From positions 2,218 through 66,217 of the forward strand of contig CALXCH010000001.1 in assembly GCA_944386735.1 (NCBI GenBank): DNA of 64,000 bases. The letters are read 5' to 3'. The notes under the pieces are model-generated. The model did no database searches. It was given only the letters and a program-made list of their open reading frames with translations, and was not told where the DNA came from. Positions 17,913 to 26,993 of this stretch are shown piece after piece. Within the stretch, counting starts at the first letter, position 1. Every line of letters begins with the position of its first letter. Source of the DNA: an uncultured Clostridia bacterium (GTDB lineage Bacteria > Bacillota > Clostridia > TANB77 > CAG-508). The position numbers were made by a program, and so were the translations under genes.

Positions 17913-19166
17913 ATGCTAGTAGAACAATTACTATTTATATTTGTTTCGTTTGCAATGTTTGTATATATGTTTTTTAGAATGATAAGAAGAAATGATACTA
18001 GCTATGTAATTATTTTAGTATTAGAGGCAATGGGAATAGCTCTTAATTTCCTAGAAGTTTTATTTGATATAAAACTAAATGTTTTTTTTATGATTCTAAA
18101 ATATGTATTAGCAGTGTTAGTGCCAATAATAATTATTGCTTTAGAAAAACAAGGAATATACTTATATGAAGCAGTTAATTTGACTAAAGCTAAAATTTTT
18201 CTTATGTTTAAAGATAATAAAAAAGCAAAGGATGCTTTACTTAGTATACTTGATAAAGACAAAAATAGTTATAAAGCACACAAGATGCTTGCTCAAATTT
18301 ACGAAAAAGAAGGCGGAATGAGAAAGGCTATTGATGAATATGTACAAGCAATTGATATAGACAAACAAGATTACGATTCTTATTATAAAGTTGCAGAATT
18401 ATTAAATGGATTAGATAAAAAAGACGAAGCAGCCGAGATGTTATTTAATTTATTAAATAAGAAACCAGATACATATGAGGCATCTATATTATTAGGCGAT
18501 ATTTTAATTGATACTGAAATGTATAAAGAGGCAGTAAATGTATATCAAGAGGCATTAAAATATAATCCATATAGTTATGATATAAATTATAATTTGGGAA
18601 TTGCATATACTATGCTTAATGACTTCCAAAGTGCAAAAACTTGCTATGAGAAAGCTGCACAAATTAATAGTGTAGCATATGCATTAAAATATAATTTAGC
18701 TGAAATTGCACTTATATATAAAGACATAGAAGAAGCACAAAAGAAGTTTTTAGAAGCGGTAGATGAGGAAGAACTTTCAGCAGATAGTTATTATGAATTA
18801 TCTAAAATAGCTTTAATTAAAAATGATAAAGATACAGCTATAAAATATATAAATACAGCAATAGATATAGATAGTAAGAAAATCGTAGATAAAGTAAAAA
18901 AAGATCCAATTTTTATACCTATTATGGCAAGAATTTCAATTCCATTTAATTTAGAGAATAAAGAACAAGTAGATGAAAAACAACCAAAGAAGGAATTAAG
19001 TAAAAAAGAAATAAAAGCTAAAGAACATTTAGAAGAAATGTCTGAGATTACAAGGCATTTAAGCTATAATGATATTAATTTGTTAAAGAAAAACAGAAAA
19101 GAAAAATTAGAAGAAAAAGAAGTGAATGACCAAAAAGAAATAGACCAAAAAGAAAGACGTGATTAA
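17913..19166 (+). CDS. TPR-repeat protein with N-terminal transmembrane segments
   Basis: AAAGGAGAAG RBS before ATG 17913. Multiple TPR-like helices, including the pair EALKYNPYSYDINYNLGIAY. Confidence 0.55.
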   Translation: MLVEQLLFIFVSFAMFVYMFFRMIRRNDTSYVIILVLEAMGIALNFLEVLFDIKLNVFFMILKYVLAVLVPIIIIALEKQGIYLYEAVNLTKAKIFLMFKDNKKAKDALLSILDKDKNSYKAHKMLAQIYEKEGGMRKAIDEYVQAIDIDKQDYDSYYKVAELLNGLDKKDEAAEMLFNLLNKKPDTYEASILLGDILIDTEMYKEAVNVYQEALKYNPYSYDINYNLGIAYTMLNDFQSAKTCYEKAAQINSVAYALKYNLAEIALIYKDIEEAQKKFLEAVDEEELSADSYYELSKIALIKNDKDTAIKYINTAIDIDSKKIVDKVKKDPIFIPIMARISIPFNLENKEQVDEKQPKKELSKKEIKAKEHLEEMSEITRHLSYNDINLLKKNRKEKLEEKEVNDQKEIDQKERRD

Positions 19167-19219
19167 AATTACTCATAAAATTCCGAAAATTCAATATAAT
19201 AATCATAAGGAGGGATTTT

Positions 19220-20101
19220 ATGAGTACAAATTTTGCAATAATTGGTGGAGATTTGCGAATAATTAAGCTAGCTAAAATGCTTGCAGACGAAGGAAATATG
19301 GTATATACTTTTGGATTAGAAAAAGCAGAAGAATTAAAAGAACATAAAAATATTGTATTTACTGAAAAACTAAGTAAAGCTATTCCAGAAGATGTAGAAG
19401 TAGTAATTGGGCCAATACCTTTTTCAAGTAATGGCATAAATATTAATGCACCGTTTAGTAGAGAAGAAATATCTGTAAGAGAACTTGTTCATTACTTAAA
19501 TGCTAAAATATTAATTGCAGGGAGTATTATGCCAGAAGTTTATAGCCTAGCAAATGATGAATATGTTGAAATAATAGATATAATGAAAAGGGAAGAACTT
19601 GCAGTATTAAATACGATTTCGACAGCAGAAGGTGCAATTGAAATTGCAATAGCAAATACTAATAAAATAATACATGGAAGCAAAGTATTAATATTAGGTT
19701 TTGGAAGAATTGGAAAAGTACTGGCAAGAAAGCTAGCAGGGTTATCAGCTAAAGTTACTTGTGCTGCAAGAAAAGACGAAGATTTAGCATGGATTAAAGC
19801 ATATGGTCATAATGAAATTAATATAAATACTTTAGGAGAAAATTTAGGAGAGTTTGATATTATAATAAATACCGTTCCACATTTAATTTTAAATAAAGAA
19901 AGAATGCAATATGTAAAAGAAGATTGTTTGTTAATAGATTTAGCATCTAATCCTGGTGGAATAGATAAAAAAGAAGCAAAGGAGAGAAACTTAAAATTAA
20001 TATGGGCATTAGCTTTACCTGGAAAAGTAGCACCAGTTACAACTGCTGAATTTATAAAAGATACAATATATAATATATTAAAAGAAGTATATAAAAAATA
20101 A
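19220..20101 (+). CDS. dpaA: Dipicolinate synthase subunit A
   Basis: Closely resembles B. subtilis SpoVFA along its whole length (FAIIGGDLR, NTISTAEGAIEIAI, LIDLASNPGG, LPGKVAPVT). Confidence 0.8.
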   Translation: MSTNFAIIGGDLRIIKLAKMLADEGNMVYTFGLEKAEELKEHKNIVFTEKLSKAIPEDVEVVIGPIPFSSNGININAPFSREEISVRELVHYLNAKILIAGSIMPEVYSLANDEYVEIIDIMKREELAVLNTISTAEGAIEIAIANTNKIIHGSKVLILGFGRIGKVLARKLAGLSAKVTCAARKDEDLAWIKAYGHNEININTLGENLGEFDIIINTVPHLILNKERMQYVKEDCLLIDLASNPGGIDKKEAKERNLKLIWALALPGKVAPVTTAEFIKDTIYNILKEVYKK

Positions 20102-20122
20102 ACAAGGGAAGGAAGAATAGAT

Positions 20123-20977
20123 ATGGTATTAGAACTATTAAAAGCTGCTATATTTGGAGTTATAGAAGGAATTACAGAATGGCTACCAATTAGTAGTACA
20201 GGACATTTAATTTTAGCAGAACAATTTATAAAGTTTAAGGAGGTCTCTCCAGAGTTTTGGAGTATGTTCCAAGTTGTTATACAATTTGGTGCCATTCTAG
20301 CAGTTGTGCTTTTATATTTTAAGAAAATATGGCCTTTTACTAAAAATAAAGAAAAAGCAATTAAGAAGACTGGAATACTATCTTACTTTAATAAAGATAT
20401 AATGAATTTATGGGGCAAAATATTAGTTGGTTGTATTCCAGCAGCAATTATTGGATTGCTTTTTGATGAAGTTTTTGAAGCATTATTTTATAATCCAGTA
20501 TGTATAGCAATCGCATTAATTGTTTTTGGTATTGCATTTATTGTAATAGAAAATTGGAACAAAAATAGAAAGTCAAAGGTGAAGGAAACAAGTAAAGAGA
20601 TTACATATAAAGATGCATTTTTAATTGGAATATTTCAATTAATTGCAGCAATCTTTCCAGGAACGTCACGTTCAGGAGCAACTATTATAGGTGGATTATT
20701 AATAGGTCTTTCTAGACCAAATGCTGCTGAATTTACATTTTATTTAGCAATTCCAACTATGCTTGGAGCGAGTTTATTGAAATTAGTTAAATTTGGATTT
20801 GGATTTACAGGAATAGAAATTGCAGTATTATTAGTTGGAATGTTAGTTTCATTCTTAGTTTCTGTTGCAATTATTAAATTTTTAATGAATTATATTAAAA
20901 AACATAACTTTAAAGTATTTGGATATTATAGAATAGTACTTGGAATTATAGTATTAGCATATTTCTTTTTAAGATAG
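20123..20977 (+). CDS. uppP: Undecaprenyl-diphosphate phosphatase
   Basis: EGITEWLPISSTGHLIL and PGTSRSG motifs. 284-aa membrane protein. Confidence 0.9.
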   Translation: MVLELLKAAIFGVIEGITEWLPISSTGHLILAEQFIKFKEVSPEFWSMFQVVIQFGAILAVVLLYFKKIWPFTKNKEKAIKKTGILSYFNKDIMNLWGKILVGCIPAAIIGLLFDEVFEALFYNPVCIAIALIVFGIAFIVIENWNKNRKSKVKETSKEITYKDAFLIGIFQLIAAIFPGTSRSGATIIGGLLIGLSRPNAAEFTFYLAIPTMLGASLLKLVKFGFGFTGIEIAVLLVGMLVSFLVSVAIIKFLMNYIKKHNFKVFGYYRIVLGIIVLAYFFLR

Positions 20978-20989
20978 GAATAAGATAAG

Positions 20990-21019
20990 AAAGAGCTTGC
21001 AATTTTGCAAGCTCTTTTG
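20990..21019. terminator. Bidirectional terminator AGAGCTTGCAA-ttt-TGCAAGCTCT
   Basis: Perfect inverted repeat between convergent genes. Confidence 0.7.
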
Positions 21020-21022
21020 AGG

Positions 21023-21478
21023 TCATTTTGTTTTTGTTTCGTTCAACACATCAACATAAGATGAATCATTTATTTCTTCAAAAGCTTTTAAAAGTGCTTC
21101 AATAAGTTCATTTCTACTATTACGATATGCTAGTAAATACAAATATTTTTTGTAATCTTCAAAAGATTTTACTTCAGCATCAGGTATTTCATAGTAAAGC
21201 TCTAAAGTCCTATTTTGAAAATCTTTTACGATATTTAATAATGCATTTGTATACTTAATTTTAGCATTTGTAAATCCTAAGTCATATGAAAGAGGAATTA
21301 TAGAAAACTTAAATATAAGGTATGAAGAAATAACAGAAACAAGACCAACAAGAAGTATTGTTCCTACACTATCTCTAATAAAGTTTATTCCAGCTAAATC
21401 TAAAGCAAGGATGATAACTATCATAGCCATATTGAACAGAAACGAAACACAAAAAATATTCAAAAACCGTCTTGACAT
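21023..21478 (-). CDS. Hypothetical membrane protein (151 aa)
   Basis: ORF with two N-terminal hydrophobic helices. No recognizable family. Confidence 0.35.
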   Translation of the reverse strand: MSRRFLNIFCVSFLFNMAMIVIILALDLAGINFIRDSVGTILLVGLVSVISSYLIFKFSIIPLSYDLGFTNAKIKYTNALLNIVKDFQNRTLELYYEIPDAEVKSFEDYKKYLYLLAYRNSRNELIEALLKAFEEINDSSYVDVLNETKTK

Positions 21479-21693
21479 TTTAAACCTCCAAACGTAAAAT
21501 TTATGACTTAATTATTATACCACATTTTAGAGAAAAGAACAAATTATTTAAAATACAAGTTAAAAAATACTATCATATTATTGAAAATTATGTAAAATTA
21601 TGATATTATATTACCATAAAATTTTTATAATCTCGTTTTTCAGCGAGTGAATATACAACTGGTAAAATAACTATTTTAGGGAAAGGATTAAAA

Positions 21694-21990
21694 ATGGCTA
21701 AGACATTTGAAATTACGAAGAAACTTGTAGAAAACAGGATTTATGAACTTCAGCAAGAAAAAGAGAAAAATGAAAAAGCTGAGGAAGAGATTCTAAATAG
21801 TATGGATGAGCTAAAGCATATGAAAAGTCTTAGCGAAGCCAACTATGATGAGCTTGTTTGGCTTGCAGCAGACCTAGCAGAAGTTTATTGCAAGCTAAAA
21901 AATGTTTCAGCAGAATTGGAGAAGCTACTTGCTGAATATAAATGGCTAGGCGAAGCTGAACAAGAAACTTTTAATAGCAATTGTAAATAG
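21694..21990 (+). CDS. Small acidic coiled-coil protein (98 aa), unknown function
   Basis: AGGGAAAGGA RBS and a terminator hairpin GGCACCTCGAA...TTCGAGATGCC downstream. Confidence 0.4.
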   Translation: MAKTFEITKKLVENRIYELQQEKEKNEKAEEEILNSMDELKHMKSLSEANYDELVWLAADLAEVYCKLKNVSAELEKLLAEYKWLGEAEQETFNSNCK

Positions 21991-22089
21991 CCATTAAAAG
22001 ACTAATTAAAGGCACCTCGAACTTCGAGATGCCTTTTCTACTTCTTCATTTTTTTCATTTTCCTATTTGCTGAACTTTATAAGTTTATC

Positions 22090-22284
22090 TTATTTGTTAT
22101 CAATGATATCTTGGCTGATTTTTGAAAGATAATGATATCTATGAGGTATAAGTAACATTTCCACAGAAATTAAACTTATCAAAAACTCTGGCAAAGAAAT
22201 CTCCCCTTCCATTATGAAAGCGATAAAAATAAGTAAAAAAGCAAATAAAGATGATTGAAGAATCGCTTTTACAAGGTTAGACAT
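22090..22284 (-). CDS. Small membrane protein (64 aa)
   Basis: AGGAGG RBS 9 nt before ATG on the minus strand. One or two hydrophobic helices. Confidence 0.4.
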   Translation of the reverse strand: MSNLVKAILQSSLFAFLLIFIAFIMEGEISLPEFLISLISVEMLLIPHRYHYLSKISQDIIDNK

Positions 22285-22358
22285 TTGTCAAAACCTCCTA
22301 AAAATATAGGTGTGTAAAATATAAATGTATTATAACAATTTTTTTGAAAAAAGTAAAG

Positions 22359-22604
22359 TTATTCAGGTCTTCTAGAATTTCTATTTTCTTGGGTTTGCTG
22401 GTTATTGCATAGTTTTTCATATTCCTTACATTTTATTTTATAATCCATTTGCATACAAAGATATCGGTAATAGTAAAAAGCCTGTTCATATTGCATAATT
22501 GGATTAAACATAGGGTCTCTATATAAATCATTCATATCTGCATTCATATTTTGGTTGTAGTCCATAAAATTAGGATTAAATCCATTATTGAAATCTCTTT
22601 CCAA
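22359..22604 (-). CDS. Small Asn/Tyr/Met-rich protein (81 aa, TTG start), possibly spore-coat associated
   Basis: AGGAG RBS before TTG. Low-complexity N/Y-rich composition, adjacent to ylbJ. Confidence 0.35.
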   Translation of the reverse strand: MERDFNNGFNPNFMDYNQNMNADMNDLYRDPMFNPIMQYEQAFYYYRYLCMQMDYKIKCKEYEKLCNNQQTQENRNSRRPE

Positions 22605-22617
22605 GATAAATCATCTC

Positions 22618-23661
22618 CTATATATCAAAATTAAAAAATGGTATAACATTAATAAAAATATATGTATAAACAGCAGCTAGTATTCCTTGAAGTAATTTAC
22701 CATAAATATATGGCTTAATTGATAAATCAGTTTTAGAGGTAATACTTAGAACTTGTAAAAGTACTGAGATTCCACCAAAACCAAGTAAGAAGGCTGTAAA
22801 AATAATGTTTATTGAAAGTTTCTTGCAGGCAACTAGTGAAATACTATTTATTCCATTTGTAATTTCTAAAATGCCACAAAGAAGGGGACTAATAAAAGAA
22901 GTATCAATATGTAGAATGTTAAACAATGGGGAGATACAGGTAGAAAGAATATTTATTATTCCACTAGATTTTAAAATAGAAATTACACTAGAAAATATAA
23001 CAACAAAACCACCTATTAATAAAATAGTAGAAATACTACTTGTAATACTTTCAGCTAATACTTCTCCTAAGTTAGAAAAAGAAACAGTTTTATTTTCTAA
23101 ATTAAAATTAGAACTAGAACTTTCTAAATTTTTATTCTTTTTCCAAAATCTAAATATAATACCAACACTTATTCCTGCTAAAATGTGAGTTATAAAAAGT
23201 AAAATACCAATAGTTGTGCTTCCGAACATTAAAATACCAACTGTACCAATTATAAAAAGAGGACCAGAATTATTGGTAAAACTAAGAAGTCTTTCACATT
23301 CTTCTTTAGAACAAATATTATTTTTTCTAAAGTTAGAAGCAATTTTAGCTCCAACAGGATATCCACTAATAATTCCCATAATAAAAGCAAAAGCACCTTC
23401 ACCACGAATGTTAAATAAGGGCTTCATATATTTGTTTAGTAAACGTCCTAAAATACTTACAATCCTTGTATGCATTAAAAGTTCAGTAGATACAAAAAAA
23501 GGAAAAAGTGAAGGAACAACAGAGGTTGCCCATAAGGTTAGTCCAGATTTTACGGCTGGTAGGTTGGACTTAGAAAAGATAAGCAAACACAGTGTAAAAC
23601 CTAAAAAGATTAATGGTAAGATATTTCTTTTTAACTTTATAACATAAAAGCTTGGTTTCAT
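22618..23661 (-). CDS. ylbJ: Sporulation integral membrane protein YlbJ (nucleoside-recognition/Gate domain)
   Basis: AAGGAGG RBS before ATG (rc of 23659-23661). Polytopic with a conserved YlbJ-like pattern. The ORF-track N-terminal extension lacks an RBS and covers repeat B2. Confidence 0.65.
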   Translation of the reverse strand: MKPSFYVIKLKRNILPLIFLGFTLCLLIFSKSNLPAVKSGLTLWATSVVPSLFPFFVSTELLMHTRIVSILGRLLNKYMKPLFNIRGEGAFAFIMGIISGYPVGAKIASNFRKNNICSKEECERLLSFTNNSGPLFIIGTVGILMFGSTTIGILLFITHILAGISVGIIFRFWKKNKNLESSSSNFNLENKTVSFSNLGEVLAESITSSISTILLIGGFVVIFSSVISILKSSGIINILSTCISPLFNILHIDTSFISPLLCGILEITNGINSISLVACKKLSINIIFTAFLLGFGGISVLLQVLSITSKTDLSIKPYIYGKLLQGILAAVYTYIFINVIPFFNFDI

Positions 23662-23712
23662 ATTTCCTCCTTGAATTCTTTTTAATTTATATTCATAGAA
23701 TATAAAAATATT

Positions 23713-23761
23713 CATTGGGGACGTTTCCTTTGTGACATTTGGTATGCATTTGGGATACATC
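23713..23761. repeat. Family-B element copy 2: CATTGGGGACGTTTCCT ... GCATTTGGGATACATC
   Basis: Same paired-repeat architecture as 17199-17252. Lies in the ylbJ upstream region. Confidence 0.65.
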
Positions 23762-23899
23762 TACGAAAGAAAATTATAATTTAATTAATATATTTTTTAG
23801 AATTAAAATAATATAAAAAGAGTCTCAAATTAATGAGACTCCATGTTTACCCAAGAAAATGAAGATAATCACTGCTTCTTATAAGCTTACTTGATTTCT

Positions 23900-24109
23900 T
23901 CACCTTTCTTCGTCGTATATGTCATTGATTACTTGCATTCCAATTAGAACTCCAATCAACATACCGAAGAGTAAAATTACCCCAAGTGCGATAGCAAAGG
24001 TAATAGGGTTGATTGTTGTAGGCCCTATTCCTGATAAAGTGAGTAGCAGAATAGTAACAAGAGTGACGCCAACGGAAATTCCAAACGGGTAAACAAACGC
24101 ACGTAACAT
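23900..24109 (-). CDS. Small two-helix membrane protein (69 aa)
   Basis: AGGAGG RBS 7 nt before ATG (rc of 24107-24109). Highly hydrophobic. Confidence 0.4.
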   Translation of the reverse strand: MLRAFVYPFGISVGVTLVTILLLTLSGIGPTTINPITFAIALGVILLFGMLIGVLIGMQVINDIYDEER

Positions 24110-24267
24110 AGTGCTACCTCCTAAAGATAGGAATTTATAAAGTAAATAAAGTATATCATGATTTACATAAAAGTGCAAATAAATTTTGGGTTTAGCTTGT
24201 AATTTAGCTAAAAAAATGATATAGTAAAAAAAGAATTTTTAGGAAAATTTAGAAAGGAAGTGTAAGC

Positions 24268-25188
24268 TTGGATATAAGAAAGATTATAGAAGAAGCAAAT
24301 CTAAAAATTTCTAAAGATAGAATTTTATTTGAAGAGCCAATGAAAAAATATACAAGTTTTAAGATTGGTGGACCAGCAGAATGTTTAATAAAAATAGAAA
24401 ATAAAGAAGAATTAAAAGAAATATTAAGTTTAGCAAATGAAAATGATATACCTGTAACGATTATAGGAAATGGAAGTAATGTGTTAGTGCTAGATGAAGG
24501 AATACCAGGTATTACTTTAATGATAAAAATTGAAGGAATAAGCTTTCAAACTTTAGATGACAAAAAGTTTATTGTTAGAGTTGGAGCAGGAGAAAAGATT
24601 GCAAAAGTAGGAAGAATGTTTTTAAACAATTCTCTTACAGGTTTTGAAGAAATATCAGGAATACCAGGAACTTTTGGCGGAGCAGTAAGAATGAATGCGG
24701 GAGCACACGGAAAAGAAATGAAAGACATAGTAAAAACTGTTACTTGTATGGATTATTCTGGTAATGAAAAAATATTTAGTAATCAAGAAATGAAATTTGA
24801 ATATAGAAGAAGTATTTTAAAAGAAGAAAAATATATAGTAACAGAAGTAGAAATAGAACTTGAAAAAGGAAATACAGAAGAAATAAAAGCAAAAATGGAT
24901 GAATATGCAAAATTTAGAAAAGAAAAACAACCATTAGAATATCCAAGCGCAGGAAGTACATTTAAAAGAGGAGAAGATTTTATAACAGCTAAATTAATAG
25001 ATGAAGCAGGCTTAAAAGGATATTCTGTTGGTGATGCAGAAGTATCAACAAAACATGCAGGTTTTGTAATAAACAAAGGAAATGCGACTGCAAAAGATGT
25101 TTTAGAATTAGTAAACAAAGTAAAAGAAGAAGTTTATAAAAAATTTCAAAAGAAAATAGAATTAGAAGTAGAAGTAATAGGTAGATAG
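24268..25188 (+). CDS. murB: UDP-N-acetylenolpyruvoylglucosamine reductase
   Basis: FAD-binding PCMH domain (GGPAE) and a C-terminal MurB domain. 306 aa. Confidence 0.9.
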   Translation: MDIRKIIEEANLKISKDRILFEEPMKKYTSFKIGGPAECLIKIENKEELKEILSLANENDIPVTIIGNGSNVLVLDEGIPGITLMIKIEGISFQTLDDKKFIVRVGAGEKIAKVGRMFLNNSLTGFEEISGIPGTFGGAVRMNAGAHGKEMKDIVKTVTCMDYSGNEKIFSNQEMKFEYRRSILKEEKYIVTEVEIELEKGNTEEIKAKMDEYAKFRKEKQPLEYPSAGSTFKRGEDFITAKLIDEAGLKGYSVGDAEVSTKHAGFVINKGNATAKDVLELVNKVKEEVYKKFQKKIELEVEVIGR

Positions 25189-25280
25189 GATGTGTCCTAG
25201 ATGTGACATTTTAAGTTAGATGTTAAAGCTTTGCTTGTTACAGATAAATTACGCAAAGGAAACGTCCTAAATAGTGACAT
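25189..25280. repeat. Family-B element copy 3 (inverted orientation, longer spacer)
   Basis: The reverse complement reads ATGTCACTATTTAGGACGTTTCC ... ATGTCACATCTAGGACACATCC. Starts at the murB stop. Confidence 0.65.
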
Positions 25281-25295
25281 ATATAAAGGAGTAGG

Positions 25296-26984
25296 ATGAT
25301 GAAAGGTTTTTTTCAATGGTTTAAAGCAAGCAGTAAAATGAAAAGATGGATGTTTTTGATTTTAGTAGGTATTATACTTGCTTGTTATGGGTTAGCAAGA
25401 ATATTGGTAATGAAGGAAATTTCTTTCGTAGATGTTGGACAGGTTGTTGCAATATTTGTTGTTGGATTTCTTGCAATTGTAATAGGACTTGTATTCTTAA
25501 ATAAAAGAACATTAGAAGTTTTAATCGAAGCAAGTGACGAGAGAATGGAAAATAATAAAAATGTTAATATGAAGTCACTTATATTTAATAAAACTGTTTA
25601 TGATAAAGGACCTAATATTGTAGTAATTGGTGGAGGAACAGGTTTAGATACTGTACTTTCTGGATTAAAGAATTATACAAATAATTTAACAGCAATAGTA
25701 ACAGTATCTGATTATGGAGAGGCAGCAACAAACTCTAGAAAAGAATTACAAACATTACCACTTGATGATATAAAAGACAGTATAGTTTCTCTAGCTTCAA
25801 AAGAAGGTGAGATAGATAAATTATTTAATTATGAATTTAAAGAAGGAAAATTAAAAGGATTAAATTTTTCAGATATATATTTCTTAGCAATGAAAGGTGT
25901 TAATGGTAATTTTGAGGATTCTATTATAAAAAGTAATGAAGTTTTAAATATGATAGGAAAAGTTATTCCAGTAACATTAGATGAGATGAAAATTGTTGCA
26001 GAACTTGCAAATGGTTATATAGTAGAAGAAAAATCTAGAATACCAGAAGTTGTTGCAGACAAATTAACAAAAATAAATAGGATAACAATTAGTCCATCAA
26101 ATTGTAGACCAGCACCTGGAGTTGTAGAAGCTATAAAAGAAGCAGATTGTATTGTAATAGGACCTGGAAGTTTGTATACAAATGTTATACCTAATCTTTT
26201 AATAAATGGAGTTGCTAAAGCTATAAAAGAGAGTACAGCAATTAAAGTATATGTTTGTAATATAATGACAGAACCAGGACAAACAGACAATTATAGTATT
26301 TCAGATCATATCAATGCTATTATAGAACATTGTGGCAGCGGTATAATTGATTATTGTATTTATGATACTGGTGAAGTTATTCCAGAGTTTATAAAGAAGT
26401 ACAATATGGAAGGACAAGATTTAGTAGAACAAGATGTTGATAAAGTAAAAGGAATTAAGTTTTTACAAAGAAACTTGTCTATGATAAAAGATGATTTGAT
26501 AAGACATGACCCAGGACTTGTTGCTTCTTCTATTATTGAATTAATTTGTGATGATTTGAGATACCAAGATAAACAAAATGACCCACAATATTTGATGCTA
26601 AGCAACAAATTAAGAGAAGAAAAGAGAATAAACAAAATTAAAAAGAAAATGAAGAAAAAAGATATAAAGGCTGCTAAAAATAATAATGATAAAATTAAAT
26701 CTCCTCTTAAGTCAAAGAGTAAATTTAGTAGCAAATATAGTGATAGAATTGAATCAATTAGAGAAGCAGATAGAAAAGCAGAAGCAAGAGCAAGACAAAG
26801 GGATCAGAAAGGAAGAACAAAAACTAGAAAAGGTAGAAATCCAAGAAAGAATGATGTTACTAAAAAAAATTCAGCTCAAAGAAGAAATAGTGCTAGTGCT
26901 ACTACTAGAAAAAAATCGCCACAAGAAATTAGAGCAGAGATGTTAAAAAAATTAGAAAATAGTAAATTAAATGATAGAAAATAG
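25296..26984 (+). CDS. YvcK/CofD-like (UPF0052, gluconeogenesis factor family) protein with an N-terminal TM anchor and a long Lys/Arg-rich C-terminal tail
   Basis: VVIGGGTGLDTVLSGLK motif of the YvcK family. Two N-terminal hydrophobic helices. C-terminal about 130 aa is extremely basic and low-complexity. Confidence 0.7.
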   Translation: MMKGFFQWFKASSKMKRWMFLILVGIILACYGLARILVMKEISFVDVGQVVAIFVVGFLAIVIGLVFLNKRTLEVLIEASDERMENNKNVNMKSLIFNKTVYDKGPNIVVIGGGTGLDTVLSGLKNYTNNLTAIVTVSDYGEAATNSRKELQTLPLDDIKDSIVSLASKEGEIDKLFNYEFKEGKLKGLNFSDIYFLAMKGVNGNFEDSIIKSNEVLNMIGKVIPVTLDEMKIVAELANGYIVEEKSRIPEVVADKLTKINRITISPSNCRPAPGVVEAIKEADCIVIGPGSLYTNVIPNLLINGVAKAIKESTAIKVYVCNIMTEPGQTDNYSISDHINAIIEHCGSGIIDYCIYDTGEVIPEFIKKYNMEGQDLVEQDVDKVKGIKFLQRNLSMIKDDLIRHDPGLVASSIIELICDDLRYQDKQNDPQYLMLSNKLREEKRINKIKKKMKKKDIKAAKNNNDKIKSPLKSKSKFSSKYSDRIESIREADRKAEARARQRDQKGRTKTRKGRNPRKNDVTKKNSAQRRNSASATTRKKSPQEIRAEMLKKLENSKLNDRK

Positions 26985-26993
26985 GAGGAAATT

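Noticed and set aside
22805-23647. Plus-strand ORFs 22805-23188 and 23216-23647
   Set aside because: Antisense to ylbJ with hydrophobic low-complexity translations. Spurious.
26686-26946. Alternative-frame ORF inside the basic tail of the YvcK-like gene
   Set aside because: Same-strand overlap in a low-complexity A-rich region. The main frame is continuous and better supported.
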